Under the pieces are notes generated by a model. That model saw nothing but the letters and a program-made list of their open reading frames with translations. It was not told the origin of the DNA and did no database searches. DNA of 64,000 nt from Tubulanus polymorphus (lineage: Eukaryota > Animalia > Nemertea). Location: contig NC_134030.1 in NCBI RefSeq assembly GCF_964204645.1, positions 17,236,110-17,300,109 on the forward strand, written 5' to 3'. The translations under genes and the position numbers were made by a program. Below, piece after piece: positions 1 to 13,658 of the stretch; within the stretch, counting starts at the first letter, position 1, and every line of letters begins with the position of its first letter.

Positions 1-1382
1 GTGTGCGAATTCGAAAAACATCAAAATGTTAAATTTATGGTTGATTCAATCAATCAGGATTACCATAATTTGATGGATCTAATTGTATGCAATCGAGCTT
101 CAAAAGACTGTATGCTACATAGATGTGAAGAATGTCCCGACAAACAACGATTGCAGGACTATTTGCAAAATTATCTACTACATGAAGATGGTGGTGATTT
201 GATTAAATTCAATGAATGGGTTTCAACAGATCGCGTGGAAATTATCCGCAGAGAAATAATGTTAGAAGATTTTATTGACTTATTGTGTAATAGATTATAT
301 GAATTGACTCCTCACTCATTTGTTGCTAAAGTTCAGGCAGCTTATTTCAAATTGGCAAAACTTACATTAGATACCAAAACACAGTCGTAATTCTGGATTT
401 TGCGGAAAATTATAGTGTTATTCTTCAAGATCGCGTTCAGTCAATATTGGGACAAGAGACAATTACTATTCATCCAATGGTGTTTTATTTTAAAGAAAAT
501 GACCAACTTTGCGAGGAAAGTATTTGTTTTATATCGGACAGTTTGAAACATGAAACGAACACGGTTTACTCTTTTCAAGACATTTTTACCAAATATTTGA
601 AAGGAAAATATCCTCATCTAGAAACGATCAAATATTTCAGTGACGGATGCGCTGGACAATACAAAAATTATAAAAATTTATGTCTCTTCGGACTTCAAGC
701 AGAATGGCATTTCTTTGCCACTAGCCATGGCAAAGGAGTATGTGATGGAGTAGGTGGCACCGTCAAACGTCTCGCAGCTCGCGCTAGTCTTCAGTGTAAG
801 TTGATCAGAAATGCTTTTGAGATGTATGATTTTTGTGTTGAAGACATCAAAAACATTAAATTTTTTCTGGTGAAGAAAACTGACATTGAAAGCTTCCACC
901 AAGATTTGGAGGCTAGATATCTACTTGGCAAAACAGTAGAAGGAACGCGGTCCTTTCATAGCTTTGTTCCAATCGACATAAATTCGCTCAGAGTGAAAAG
1001 ATTTTCTAAAGATGATGCATCAACAGTGCGCAATGTTGTAAAAACTCCTTTGACAGATAATGTAATTCCCAACTATGATGCCTGTAAAGAACTTGGTATT
1101 AGTGATTATGTGGCTCCATTGTATGATGGAAATTGGTGGATTGGTTTAGTCACAGAGATAAGCCAACAAAATGAGGATTGCTTGATTTCATTCATGCATC
1201 CACATGGGCCAGCAAGATCATTTGCTTGGCCCGGACGGCAAGATTCCTGTTGGATTCCATTTTCCGATGTCTTGATGAAGCTGCAAATACCTACAACTGT
1301 AACAGGAAGACAGTACTCAATTGCAGACACTCATCTAGTGACCATCATGGACGAGCTGGTAAAACATTCTACTACTCATTAG
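1..1382 (+). pseudogene. Sola2-like DDD transposase, 5' end outside the window, frameshift near 385
   Basis: ORFs 1..390 and 447..1382 join via a frameshift (VVILDFAENYS). Motifs DFAENY, FSDGCAGQYKN and WHFFATSHGKGVCDGVGG, plus a C-terminal YDGNWWIG..FMHPHGP..F.WP domain. Confidence 0.7.
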
Positions 1383-2081
1383 GTCAGTGTGTTTAATTAT
1401 ACTTTTTTATAAGTTTATTACTGGATTTGCAGTGTTTACTACCATGTTTTCTTTAAAAAAATAAGGGCAAATATAGCTGCAAAGCAGCGATGACGGGTTT
1501 TCTGTAAAGCCATTCAGAATGATGGGAATTGTAGTAAATTGAAATATCGATACATAGAATAAAATGCATTGACAGATTCGAACCTAATATGCAACCACTG
1601 TGTAAACGTCAAATATGATTCAGCTTTGAAACCGAACATACGTGGACGTACAATCACAAATATTAATATATTTGACCAGGCACTTATTTTGGCATTCAAA
1701 CATCATGATACTGTATTATCACCATCCTTAAAAATGGATCTGTCCTATTAAGAACTCATCTTAAGCACCTGCTGAGCCGATAGATTGAGTGAATTCACAG
1801 ATAAGAACGTATTATGATTTAGAATAGATTAGATTTAAGAAGTTAATGTTTTTATTGAAATATTTGAATAAATACATATATCGTAGTGTAGATTCAATCA
1901 ATAAATTATGAATTGATTTGGTCTAGGTTTCCGGCTGATGTTGATTTTGGCTTTTATGGATTACAAATTCTACAGTGATAAACAATTGATACCTGCAACA
2001 TGTGTGTAAATCAAACCTATTCCACTAGTTGCGTGTGTTTCCTAATAAACGGGAGAGTCACTCTTGATCTGAGTTATTAGA

Positions 2082-2634
2082 ACTAGGGGTCCAGGGACAC
2101 CATGCCCACTTGGGAAGTGGTTCCGAATGCTCAACAATCTAACAATTCAGGTATCAAAGGTATAAAACATCCCTTTTCAAAGAATACCCATCACAAATTG
2201 CAATGAGAAATGGCAAACTCAGAATTCGGGCCAAAATTGACATTTTTGGGCACTAAAAAAGGTCATAGGACGGCCATCTTGAGTCCGTATCCCAATTTTT
2301 TGTTATGCTGATGCCAGGGGCATTCACATATATCCGAAAGATCAAGGTAATTGATCAAAGCATCTTCAAAATTTCCCTCAAAAAGTTCAAAAATGTGTAA
2401 AAAGTGTTGATTTTGGCGAACAACAATGGCTGCCAGTCGGCCATCTTGATTCTGACAGGGCCAGTTTTTGAGCTGAAGATGTGTCTAGGGTAGATACATG
2501 TGAAACCCAAATATCAAGACATTACATTGAAGCGTCTTCAAAACTTCCTAAAATAACTGATTTCCGTCTACGGACGGACGACGGACGAAAAGTGAACGCA
2601 ATAGCCCGCTGGGACTAAAGTCCCAAGTGGGCTA
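2082..2634 (-). mobile_element. HINE-A short copy lacking the central tandem array, nested in HINE-B copy 1
   Basis: Same ends as 32211-33485. It is absent from HINE-B copy 2, where the empty site reads CATTATTTTTCTTATAAC near 10152-10169. Confidence 0.85.
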
Positions 2635-3928
2635 AAAATAATGTTCATTTAGTCATAGAAATTCATTGCCTTTTTGGAGTTTCTGTAATAATATTTGTTT
2701 TGCCCTAATTTTTATTACTGTATGAACCAATGATATGCTTTGTAAATATGATGTAATAAAATAAATTTGAATTAAATTTGAACATGAGAATCAAGCATAA
2801 CTTGTGTTTTTTCAACTTGTCTTACTTGTCTTTTGTTAACAGTTCCAGAGTTTCAATTACAATCAAATCCAAATTGGCTAAAAAGTACATAGGACTAAAT
2901 GAAATGAACGGTTAGTTACTGCAAACCTATTCCAGTGTTATGTCGATCGTGTTGAATCACTTTCCTTGAGTTGAAAGAATCAGATCTTCTATGGTACAAC
3001 ATCGGTCGAAGAGAGATATCTTGGTGTTGACTGTCCTTGACCATCTAACTTCATGCGTTTGACATTGGAATCAGCATCATACCCATTTGAACTGCAAAAT
3101 ATTCATGCAACATGAAAACCTACAGTACATGTATACAGTATTAATCAAACTTTCACCGATGTTGGATATTTGAATGAACATTAGGTTTATTTCAGTACTC
3201 TAAAGCAGGAAATAATAAGCCCAATCAATAGGCCCTATTCCCATTGGAACAATTATATAATGCGTACAGCTGTACCGTACACTTATCAGTCAAGAATGGA
3301 GAAATCGGTATACCAAACCTACGAACAGCAAAATGTACAGGCCTACAATGATTTCTGGTAATACAAGCCGTGACCACATGAACGTTTTGGTTTGACTATT
3401 AATGTCAGCAGGTCAGAGAAGGCCTGGCCAAACTTAATCACATGGCTCAAATCAATTAGCCTTTCTGCGTGTGAATATTTCACTGTATTGTTTTAAAAAT
3501 AGGCCTATGGAGTGAATTAGTACATAGACTGAATTAGACTTTAGGCTAGTCCTGACCAAATCCTATCCATATTATAATGGCACCAGTTATAGTAACATCA
3601 CTGTAGGGCCGACGAGAGGGAAAAAGTTGTGTTTGTAGTACATAGGCATGGTAGGCTTGTCGTACTCACTAAATACTTAAAACGCTGTTGTTACCTGTAC
3701 GTGACTGTACGGTGATTTCTACAGGTTAGCCATATGTGAGTACGTTGACGCTCAGACTTGCAATATTGGGATTCGAAACCAAACGAAAAAAATATCCAGT
3801 AGTAGTCCAGTGATTTACCCACTGTGCCACAGAACGTAACTGGTGGGTGGATGAAATTTGATTTACAAATAGCCTAGCCTCACCTAACCCAAACTCTATT
3901 CTTTTACGCATGCGCGTTTGCAGATAAT

Positions 3929-4266
3929 AGGAACTCACGTACAGCGTTTTTAGGGAACTCACGTACGGTTAACCTGTGGATATCACCGTACAGTCACGTA
4001 CGCGTTACAATTTCGTACCTAAAATGGTATTGGCTACTAGGAACTCACGTACGGCGTAAGTAGGGAACTCACGTACGGTTAACCTGTGGATATCACCGTA
4101 CAGTCACGTACGCGTTACAATTTCGTACTTAAAATGGTATTGGCTACTAGGAACTCACGTATGGCATTATATACTTAGTAGGGACCTCACGTACGCGGTT
4201 AACCTGTGGAGATCACCGTACAGTCACGTGCGGTTAACAACTACGTACTTAAAATGGTATTGGCTT
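3929..4266. repeat. ~110-bp tandem repeat x3 inside HINE-B copy 1
   Basis: GGAACTCACGTAC...GGTATTGGCT units start near 3930, 4040 and 4150. Confidence 0.85.
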
Positions 4267-5419
4267 CTATATAATAGGCCTATAGACAAATAAATACCGG
4301 TAGGCTTTCTTATAATCTTAGCTTCCACACTTCACAACCGAACCAACTGACCAACCAGTATATTTAGTCCCAGTACGCACCAACCGGCACAGGCCTAACA
4401 CTGTTTGTCAACTGTGTGTACCGTTGTAGGCTATCGATAAACACCTGATACTTTTCTGTCGTTTGTGTTCTCTCTGAGACGAAGACGAACGTAATTCTAG
4501 TAGCCTTCCGCGACTCAACGACCTTGATTTAAACTTGATCAATTCAAAGTCTGTTTATTGACGCTTTTGGTTACATGAACTGATCAGCAATATGCTTAAA
4601 TAAAATAACCGGAATAACAAGAAATCAAAAATATTAAAGAGGTAACAAACAAATGCCCGTAAACCTGTCAGACACGCGAACGCCGGACTCGTAAACTCTT
4701 GGACTCGGACCCGCTGAGCAATAAATTCATAAAATTGACTTTGAAATTGATTGTGGAGAAGAGAGGGAATTATTCGATAGCTCTTCCTCGAAAAGAAGAG
4801 AGAAATATCGGTAAGAAAACACAACATGGCTACTAATTGAATGGAGCCAAATTTCTGATGTTTACGGCTCGACAGTGCCTTTATAACGTGGATTTATCAA
4901 ACTTCCCATGCAGTATCTGGAGATTGAAGTGAGCTGAAGGACATCATACGGATTGTATCGGCGACAGCGGTAAGGTAAGGAAGCCTTTACACTTTTAACA
5001 AAAACTATGTGGAAAAGGGAAAAAAAAAATAATAATAATCACGCGAATTTCAATAGGGTTTTCTGTGAAGAAACAGAAAACCCTAATAAGTAGGAAACAT
5101 TATCAGATCAGGTTCTTCCAGAAAATCTTTCTTTTTTCTATGCTCAAGCTCATATCTTGAGAAAACTTATCACATACAAAATAATGCGTTATAACCTTTT
5201 TGGTTGTAGTTTTTAAACAAGTTTATGCAGCTTCACTTTAGAGTGTTTACTTTATACCATAGAACTAGTCTCATTGTACAGGAATCTTTAAGGGTAGTAT
5301 GTACTGAAGGCATAAAAAATGAAAAATTTGATCTCAGAAAATTAAAAAAGTGACTGATATCATTAGAATTTCACTGAAAGCAGGTTTTAAGTGTAATTGG
5401 GCCATATTCTATAGTTCTA

Positions 5420-8400
5420 ATTAGGGTTTTCTGTTTCTTCACAGAAAACCCTATTGAAATTCGCGCGATTATTATAATTTTTTTTTTCCCTTTTCCACAT
5501 AGTTTTTGTTAAAAGTGTAAAGGCTTCCTTACCTTGCCGCTGTCGCCGATCCGTATGATATCCTTCAGCTCACTTCAATCTCCAGATACTGCATGGGAAT
5601 TTTGATAAATCCACGTTATAAAGGCACTGTCAAGCCGTAAACATCGGAAATTTGGCTCCGTTCATGTTGTGTTTTCTTTCCGATATTTCTCTTCTTTTCG
5701 AGGAAGAACTATCAAATAATTCCCTCTCTTCTCCACAATCAATTTCAAAGTCAATTTTATGAATTTATTGCTCAGCGGGTCCGAGTCCAAGAGTTTACGA
5801 GTCCGGCGTTCGCGTGTCTGACAGGTTTACGGGCATTTGTTTGTTACCTCTTTAATATTATTGATTTCTTGTTATTCCGGTTATTTTATTTAAGTATATT
5901 GCTGATCAGTTCATGTAACCAAAAGCGTCAATAAACAGATTTTGAATTGATCAAGTTTAAATCAAGGTCGTTGAGTCGCGGAAGGCTACTAGAATTACGT
6001 TCGTCTCAGAGAGAAAACAAACGAAGGAAAAGTATCAGGTGATTATCGATAGCCTACTACGGTACACACAGTTGACAAACAGTGTTAGGCCTGTGCCGGT
6101 TGGTGCGTACTGGGACTAAATATACTGGTTGGTCAGTTGGTTCGGTTGTGAAGTGTCGAAGCTAAGAAGAAAGCCTACCGCAGTACCGGTATTTATTTGT
6201 CTAATAGGCCTATTATATAGTAGCCAATACCATTTTTAGTACGTAGTTGTTACTCGTACGTGACTGTATGGTGATCTCCACCGGTTAACCGTACGTGAGT
6301 TCCCTACTAACGAAAGGAAAGGAAGAGCCCCTTTTTGGAGCCTTCCCCTTGCCTCGATACGAACCGGAACTGTTATGACTGAACGAGGCTTGACACGATT
6401 GTTGAAGTTGCGCGCTAGTTCTCCAACCGGCATCCGAAGCCGCCTGAGAAAGCGCTGAAGTTTGAGATGGTCCTGTTTGCGTCCGTGCCGAACCTTGCGA
6501 CGCCGGCGTCGGACCAGAACGCTTTTTCCACGGAGTTCGGGGGTTGGACTTGGCCTGAACCTCCCGAATCTTCCTCAGCTCTGCGGAAACCGGAGCGCAC
6601 CAACCGGAGAAGAGACGTGAAGACGTCCCCAATGGGGCTCTCAGCAAAGCATTGGACACCATATCCGGTAGACGAGTTTTGGAACTGGAGTCCATCACTG
6701 ACTGACGGGAGGCTAACACCAGATTAGCCTGACCCCGAACCGACAACGGAATTACATGCGAAACAGACCGAGCCAAAGATTGGATAATCCGGTCCATTCC
6801 CTCCAGTTTTAGGGCAACTGACTCTGGGTCGGAGCCCGCATGAACGGCGGCGTGAGTCTCGCGAAGCTCACCCGTCAACACCTTAAGTGCCATATCTTGA
6901 AACGAACCAACCCTGGTAAGATTTCCAGGATTGACGTCATGGCCACCAAACCGGACTTAGGCAAACGAATACCCGACTGTGCTGTAACAGTATCCGGGCT
7001 GATCAAAGTATAATCAGCATCCAGGCAGTTATGACTGTGATCCACAGCACCTGGAGTTGCGTAATACGCCGAGCGAAATGCGCCTATAGGTGGATCGGTT
7101 GAACTAAAATATTTCCCAGATTTCATACCCCGTTCTGGAGGGGGAAATGAAAAAGTTCCAGGCCGACATTCACCCCATAATTGCGTATCCAATCGAGCCC
7201 ATTCTCTCGAAACCGCTGACGATTCCCGTAAAACGTTAAGATCGGAGTCCGGAGGGCGATAAGCTTCCATTGACTCACCGACCAGAGGAGCTGCTGTGGG
7301 CTTAGCGCGAGTTGCCCCGTGCTTGACAAAGAACTCACTTATCATCGCTCTAAATGGCATGTCCCACGCTGGTTCGGATAAAACTGAACGGGACGGAGAT
7401 ACATTGCGAGCCAGGGAAGCCCCCATCGTCTGGGGCAACTCACAATTACTCGCGACAGGAACGACCCCAGAAGGAATTGCCGCTTCTGGGACCGGATCCT
7501 CATTGCAATCAGACCCTACCGCAGAATCCAAGAATTCAGAGTCAGAATTCCGAAGAACTGAGTGGGCTGGCGAACTTCTAACCGGACAATCAGGAAAAGG
7601 CTTACCTGTTGTAGAGGTTGCAGCGACTTGTTGCGACGAAGATAACAAGTTTAAAATTTTCTCTTCAAATACATGGAAATCCTTCTGAGTCAGGTATTTT
7701 CCAGTATCCCGACGATCATGCCGACTTCGGTGACGGTCCCTCGAACGGGATCGAGACCTACTAGAAGAATCGCCTTCATCGCTAACCGACGTCGACGAAC
7801 GATGAGAAGACCGACGGCGAAACTTCCGACAATAACGATCGTAGTCCCTCTCGCGATCAAACCTTGATCTTGCTCGTTTATTACGCTCACGGCGTCTAGA
7901 TCTAGTGGGAGAGCGAGCTCTATCCCCGGAGCGACGATCAGAATCAGACGATGAACGTACCGGATGTTTTGAACCGGACGACGTCTGGACCGGACCAGTG
8001 CCTAAACCAGACCGAACCGGACCGATGCCCGACCCGGACCGGTACCGACCGAACCGGTGCGGGCCGTTCCCGACTACCGCGGCGCGCGCTCGGTTCCGAA
8101 CATGTAGTCTGAACCGGCCGAACCGGTGAACGACCAGAGACCGGTGAATGACCAGAGACCGGTGCCGGTGAACCAGCGTTCCTCCCCGGTGAACGGAGTT
8201 GGGAAGCCGATCGTACCAGAACGACCGGCGACCGCTCCGCTTTACGATAAGAAACAGGATTAGAAACGTCGGTTGGCACGTCGGCCGAAACCGACGAATC
8301 CCTGCTAACTCGACGACGATCTCTTAGTTTAAGAGCCTTATCGGCCTGAAGCCAAAGGTCCTCGGACCACACCTCGCAAATCTTGCAAGGATTGCTCCTT

Positions 8401-10781
8401 GCACATATTTGACTGGATTTGCGCCTGCACGACGCACACGAATCGTGGTTGTCCCAGGCGCCAAACAAATGCCCGCATCCCTCCCCGTCACGATGTTGAC
8501 CCTTAGGAGGGGGTGGCATAATTATCCTGTCACAAATCAAATCAATTCAATTCAATCAAATTATATTTGTAAATAAAATTCTTACGGAAAAATAGAAACC
8601 AGGGATAACCCCCAAACCGAACGGACTCACCGTTATGAGAGTGAAAACTCCCTAATATCCTAATTCCCAGATTTTTACGGCGAAAAAATCCAACGCGTTC
8701 TACTACAAGAACGCCAAGAAAAAAGATAGCGGATTTCGCCGGTGGCTAAATGCAATACCGCAGGGCCGGGTCGTATAGAAAAACCATTGGCGATCAATCC
8801 AAATTTAGAAAATATTGGCAAAAACCATAGGAAAGGGTACTGTACTCGACGGAAATACGCCGTACGTGAGTTCCTATAATCTGCAAACGCGCATGCGTGA
8901 AAGAATTTGGGTTAGGTGAGGCTAGGCTATTTGTAAATCAAATTTCATCCACCCTGCAGTTACGTTCTGTGGCACAGTGGGTAAATCACTGGACTACAAC
9001 TGGAATTTTTTTCGTTGGTTTCAAATCCCAATATTGCAAGTCTGAGCGTCAACATTCTCACATACGGCTAACCTGTAGAAATTATCGTACAGTCACGTAC
9101 AGGTAACAACAGCGTTTTAAGTATTAAGTGAGTACCACAAGCCTACCATGCCTATGTACTACAAACACAACTTTTTCCCTCTCGTCGGCCCTACAGCGAT
9201 GTTACTATAACTGGTGCAATTATAACATGGATAGGATTTGGTCAGGACTAGCCTAAAGTCTAATTCAGTCTATGTACTAAAACACTCGATAGGCCTATTT
9301 TTAAAACAATACAGTGAAGTATTCACACGCAGAAAGGCTAATTGATTTGAGCCATGTGATTAAATTTGGCCAGGCCTTCTCTGACCTGCTGACATTAATA
9401 GTCAAACCAAAACGTTCATGTGGTCACGGCTTGTATACCAGAAATCATTGTAGGCCTGTAAATTTTGCTGTTCGTAGGTTAGGTATACCGATTTCTCCAT
9501 TCTTGACTGATAAGTGTACAGTATAGCGTACGCATTATACAATTGTTCCATTGGGAATAGGGCCTATTGATTGGGCTTATTATTTCCTGCTTTAGAATAC
9601 TGAAATAAGCCCAACGTTCATTCAAATATCAAACATCGTTGAAAGTTTGATTACTGTATACATGTACTGTAGGTTTTCATGTATGTTGTATGAATATTTT
9701 GCAGTTCAAATGGGTATGATGCTGATTCCAATGTCAAACGCATGCAGTTAGATGGTCATGGACAGTCAACACCAAGATATCTCTCTTCAACCGATGTTGC
9801 ACCATAGAAGATCTGATTCTTTCAACTCAAGGAAAGGGATTCAACACGATCGACATAACACTGGAATAGGTTTGCAGTAACTAACGGTTCATTTCATTTA
9901 GTCCTCTGTACTTTTTTTAGCCAATTTGGATTTGATTGCAATTAAAACTCTGGAACTGTTAACAAAAGACAAGTTGAAAAAACACAAGTTATGCTTGATC
10001 CTCATGTTCAAATTTAATTCAAATTCAAATTTATTTTATTACATCATATTTACAAAGCATATCATTGGTTCATACAGTAATAAAAATTAGGACAGAACAA
10101 ATATAATTACAGAATTTCCAAAAAGGCAATGAATTTCTATAACTAAATGAACATTATTTTTCTTATAACTCAGATCAAGAGTGACTCTCCCGTTTATTAG
10201 GAAACACACGCAACTAGTGGAATAGGTTTGATTTACACACATGTTGCAGGAATCAATTGTTTATCACTATAGAATTTGTAATCCATAAAAGCCAAAATCA
10301 ACATCAGCCGGAAACCCAGACCAGATCAATTCATAATTCATTGATTGAATCTACACTACAATATATGTATTTATTCAAATATTTCAATAAAAACATTAAC
10401 TTCTTAAATCTATTCTAAATCATAATACGTTCTTATCTGTAAATTCACTCAATCTATCGACTCAGCAAGTGCTTCAAATGAGTTCTTAATAGGACAGATC
10501 CATTTTTAAGCATGGTGATAATACAGTATCATGATGTTTGAATGCCAAAATAAATGCCTGGTCAAATTAATAAAATTAATAATTAATATTTGTTGATTGT
10601 ACGTCCGCGTATGTTCGGTTTCAAAGCTGAATCATATTTGACGTTTACACAGTGGTAGCATATTAGGTTTGAATCTGTCAATGCACTTTATTCTATGTAT
10701 CGATATTTCAATTTACTACAATTCCCATCTTTCTGAATGGCTTTGCAGAAAACCCGTCATCGCTGCTTGGCAGCTATATTT
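5420..10781 (+). mobile_element. HINE-B copy 2, containing a 2.5-kb DIRS-derived insert
   Basis: Starts ATTAGGGTTTTCTGTTTCTTCACAGAAAACCCTATTG and ends CAGAAAACCCGTCATCGCTGCTTGGCAGCTATATTT. Colinear inverted match to 1469-5087 apart from the inserts. Confidence 0.8.
6310..8855 (-). pseudogene. DIRS1-type retrotransposon 5' fragment (gag-like ORF1, frameshifted)
   Basis: GC-rich insert. ORF pieces 7944..8540, 6875..7648 and 6285..6893. N-terminal CGH..WDNHDSCASCR..C..PCKICEVWS zinc-finger, Ser/Arg/Pro-rich linker and basic RGKGK C-terminus, as in DIRS gag. No RT or YR. Confidence 0.65.
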
Positions 10782-11559
10782 AGTTTTAAAATGTTTCCGT
10801 ACAATTTTTTCAAACAAACAGGGTAGCCAAAAATGCAATATCGCAAAAAATGGCAAATTTCCCCAAAAATTCGATCGGCTGCCAGATCCCCAGGAATCAT
10901 ATATAGACAATCATATTTGAAGAGGTTATTGGTTACCATAATAATTCCCACCACACAAAAATTTAATAGAATATAAAGGGGTTCTTTTGAGAAAATTAGG
11001 GTCAAAGTTAACCCCCTTGGAGATCAAGGGGTGGGGTCAAAGGCCATAAAAATTTCTGATAATCCTTAACAACCAGAATTAAGGTACATATGAACAAAAT
11101 AACCCTCACGCTATTTAGAAATCATAAGGATGAGTGAATTATTACATAAAAAAGCATAAAAACAATCTACTGAAAATGTACCCAAAAGCGGGTGAAAAGT
11201 GGATTTTATCATTTTTGACCCCCCTGGGGACAACCTTAAAACGAGTTGAACATGAAAATGTTCTATTTTTCCAAAAGAACTTACCCCATACTGTAGGGAT
11301 TGAAAGTATACCAGTTCCTTGCCTTATACAAGCAAAAAAAAATGGACATGAAGTTGCCAGTTCGTCAACAAAAATTAGGCCTGTTTGAGGGTGGGGTATA
11401 AGACTGGCTGTATTTCCAAAAATATTGAAGCAATTAAGCTAAAATTTTGAGTTATTATATATACTTCTGAGAACTTCGCTCTGAGTAATTTTCATGAGAT
11501 TTGAAGACATTGATGGGACCAATGTCAGAAATTTTGGTCCATATTACATGGAATGACCC

Positions 11560-12179
11560 TGCTGGTCTGTGGGCTTCTTGGTGCAAAACAAGTTGAACTG
11601 GATATGAAGACTTAGGCTATTCAGTCAGATAATTGAAAAATGTATTTGAATTATGCCTAATACCTGCTTACGATTTTGCGTATCCGAGTTCATGTGCCAT
11701 CATGTTAGAAAAAGCCTCGTCAGAAAAGTGCTTGTAGCAAAGTTGGCTGGTTGGAGTGGGCTGAAAGTTTTTCCTCTTCGTGCGCACGAAAGCCGTCCAT
11801 ATCTTAGCTCTCGCTTGGTCTTTTGGCCACTCAAACTTCGAACTGCCTTCGTGAGAGCAATACATGGCTACACAATGGCGGGGCATTGTCAAAATCGTAG
11901 AAAATTAGCGTTAATTTGCGGAATCTTCGGTGAATGAACGTAGTAGTAGAACGCTTCCGGATATACCTGTGGCGAGGACTTCTCAGAATGACATCATCAA
12001 TATCGACACGGAATCGCGAGCGTCCTGTTGCTAGGGCCGTTGCTATGGGCTTTTCTCGGGATTGGATAATGATATTTAATTTTTTTTTTCCACGAAACTA
12101 CTATAGATGCATATGGTAATCATTTTATACAAAAAAAAATTAGATTTAAAATTTTTTCCTAAACCTCTTCATGACCCCT
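11560..12179 (-). mobile_element. Kolobok-like DNA transposon, left end with THAP exon
   Basis: Minus-strand start TTAA|AGGGGTCATGAAGAGG, with a THAP ORF downstream. Truncated by the Sola2-like element. Confidence 0.6.
11672..11886 (-). CDS. THAP zinc-finger domain exon (transposon-encoded)
   Basis: MPRHCVAMYC...FEWPKD...W...LCYKHF is the C2CH THAP signature. It ends at a GTAAGC splice donor. Confidence 0.8.
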
Positions 12180-12297
12180 TTAAATGAACCCGATATTCAA
12201 AATTCCATTTCCAACAGACTTTAGCCGCATGATGAAGCTATTAGAAAATTCGATTTTTGCACCCATTACAATATCTCGGGCTTAGCCCGAGATAATA

Positions 12298-13040
12298 ACT
12301 AATGTCCTTACAACAGACCACAATCATAGGCGATGTCCTGAGCTACAACTTTGCAATTGATTGTGGTAACAAAATATGCATCGCTACAAATATAAAATAG
12401 AAATACTAAGATATTATATTTTTCAACGCCTCCTGGTGGCCATATACAAAAACTAATGACCTTGAAACTCACCACAATCATACAACACCTTATAAGCTAC
12501 AACTTTCTAATTCATTGCGGTAACATATGCTTAGGTATCAATATAATGTCGAAAAACTTTTTCCCACCTATGAATGAGTACCGATAACACCAAGATGGCC
12601 GCCAATTGCGTCATAATTGGCTGATCAAAAATACCTATGTCAGGTATAAAACATCCCTTTCCAAAGAATATCATTCAGCAATTGCAATGAGAAATGGCAA
12701 ACCAGTAGGAAGCCACAGGACTCAGAATTCGGGCCAAAATTGACATTCTTGGTCACTAAAAAGGTCATAGGACGGCCATCTTGAGTCCGATCGACCCAAT
12801 TTTTGTTATGCTTATGGACCCTGGGGGGATTCAAAATATATACGAAAGATCAAGGTAATTGATCAAAGGGTCTTCAAAATTTCCCTCAAAAAGTTCAAAA
12901 ACGTATAAAAAGTGCTGACTTTGGCAAACAACAATGGCTGCCAGTCGGCCATTTTGACTCTGACAGGGCCAGTTTTTGGGCTGAAAATGTGTCTAGGGTA
13001 GATACATGTGTAACCCAAATATCAAGACATTACATTGAAG
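12298..13040 (-). mobile_element. HINE-A partial copy
   Basis: Matches the internal ~154-bp repeats and conserved block of 32211-33485. Both termini are missing. Confidence 0.8.
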
Positions 13041-13329
13041 CCGCTTTTTCTTTTTTTCAGTTACATCAAACGAACGGGGCGATGTAGATGATTCAGGTAC
13101 AGTAGTTTTAATTGTTTGCACTACATCAATATTTCAAGATCAATTATGTTGTATTAAGCATAAAAGTCCAACAAAAATTAACTTCACCATTTTAGGAAAA
13201 ACAGTTCAAGACATCCAACCTGTATGATATTTTTTATTCTTTTCTGGTCTGTTCTCAAACCACGCATGCATGGTCTTTTCTCCCGTGGCACACTTGCATA
13301 ATCTGTTTTATGTATGTACCCTTGCATGT

Positions 13330-13545
13330 ATTGTTTTAGTTTTCCCCTCGCATGACGCATTGTTTCAGTTTTCCCCTCGCATAGATTGTTTCAGTTCTCC
13401 CCTAGCATGGATTGTTTCAGTTTTCCCCTCTCACATAGATTGTTTCAGTTCTACCCGTGCATGGTTGTTTCAGTTTTCCCCTCGCATGACGTATTGTTTC
13501 AGTTTTCCCCTCGCGTGAATGGCTTCAGTTTTCCCCTTGCATATG
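13330..13545. repeat. 26-29 bp minisatellite, ~8 copies
   Basis: TTGTTTCAGTTTTCCCCTCGCAT(A/G)GA units. Confidence 0.85.
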
Positions 13546-13658
13546 TTCTTTACAGCCCATTCCTTCTTGTCTTGCAGGTCTCTGTTCTATACACACATAA
13601 CTGGTATCTATAGTCATAGATGTATATGATAAAGCAATGGAGATTCAATTATTTTCAG

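Larger units (their letters stand above)
1469..5087 (-). mobile_element. HINE-B copy 1 (Helentron-type non-autonomous rolling-circle element)
   Basis: On the minus strand: 5' ATTAGGGTTTTCTG-TTTCTTCA-CAGAAAACCCTATT hairpin followed by (ATT)n; 3' subterminal inverted repeat CAGAAAACCC, GCTGC-TTT-GCAGC hairpin and TATATTT end. Inserted at a T-run with no TSD. Reverse complement of 5420-10781. Confidence 0.8.
1..11559 (+). mobile_element. Sola2-like DNA transposon (right part), interrupted by two HINE-B insertions
   Basis: Transposase followed by non-coding segments 1383-1468, 5088-5419 and 10782-11559. Candidate right terminus ...ATTACATGGAATGACCC (reverse complement GGGTCATTCCATG, a 5'-GRG type end). 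The left TIR is not in the window. Confidence 0.5.

Noticed and set aside
1469-10781. One giant foldback transposon with 3-kb TIRs
   Set aside because: Each arm has its own complete HINE 5' and 3' structures, and the outer flanks show no TSD.
12183-12297. ATCTCGGGCTTAGCCCGAGAT hairpin, possibly the 5' end of a third HINE family
   Set aside because: Short fragment with no matching 3' end in the window.
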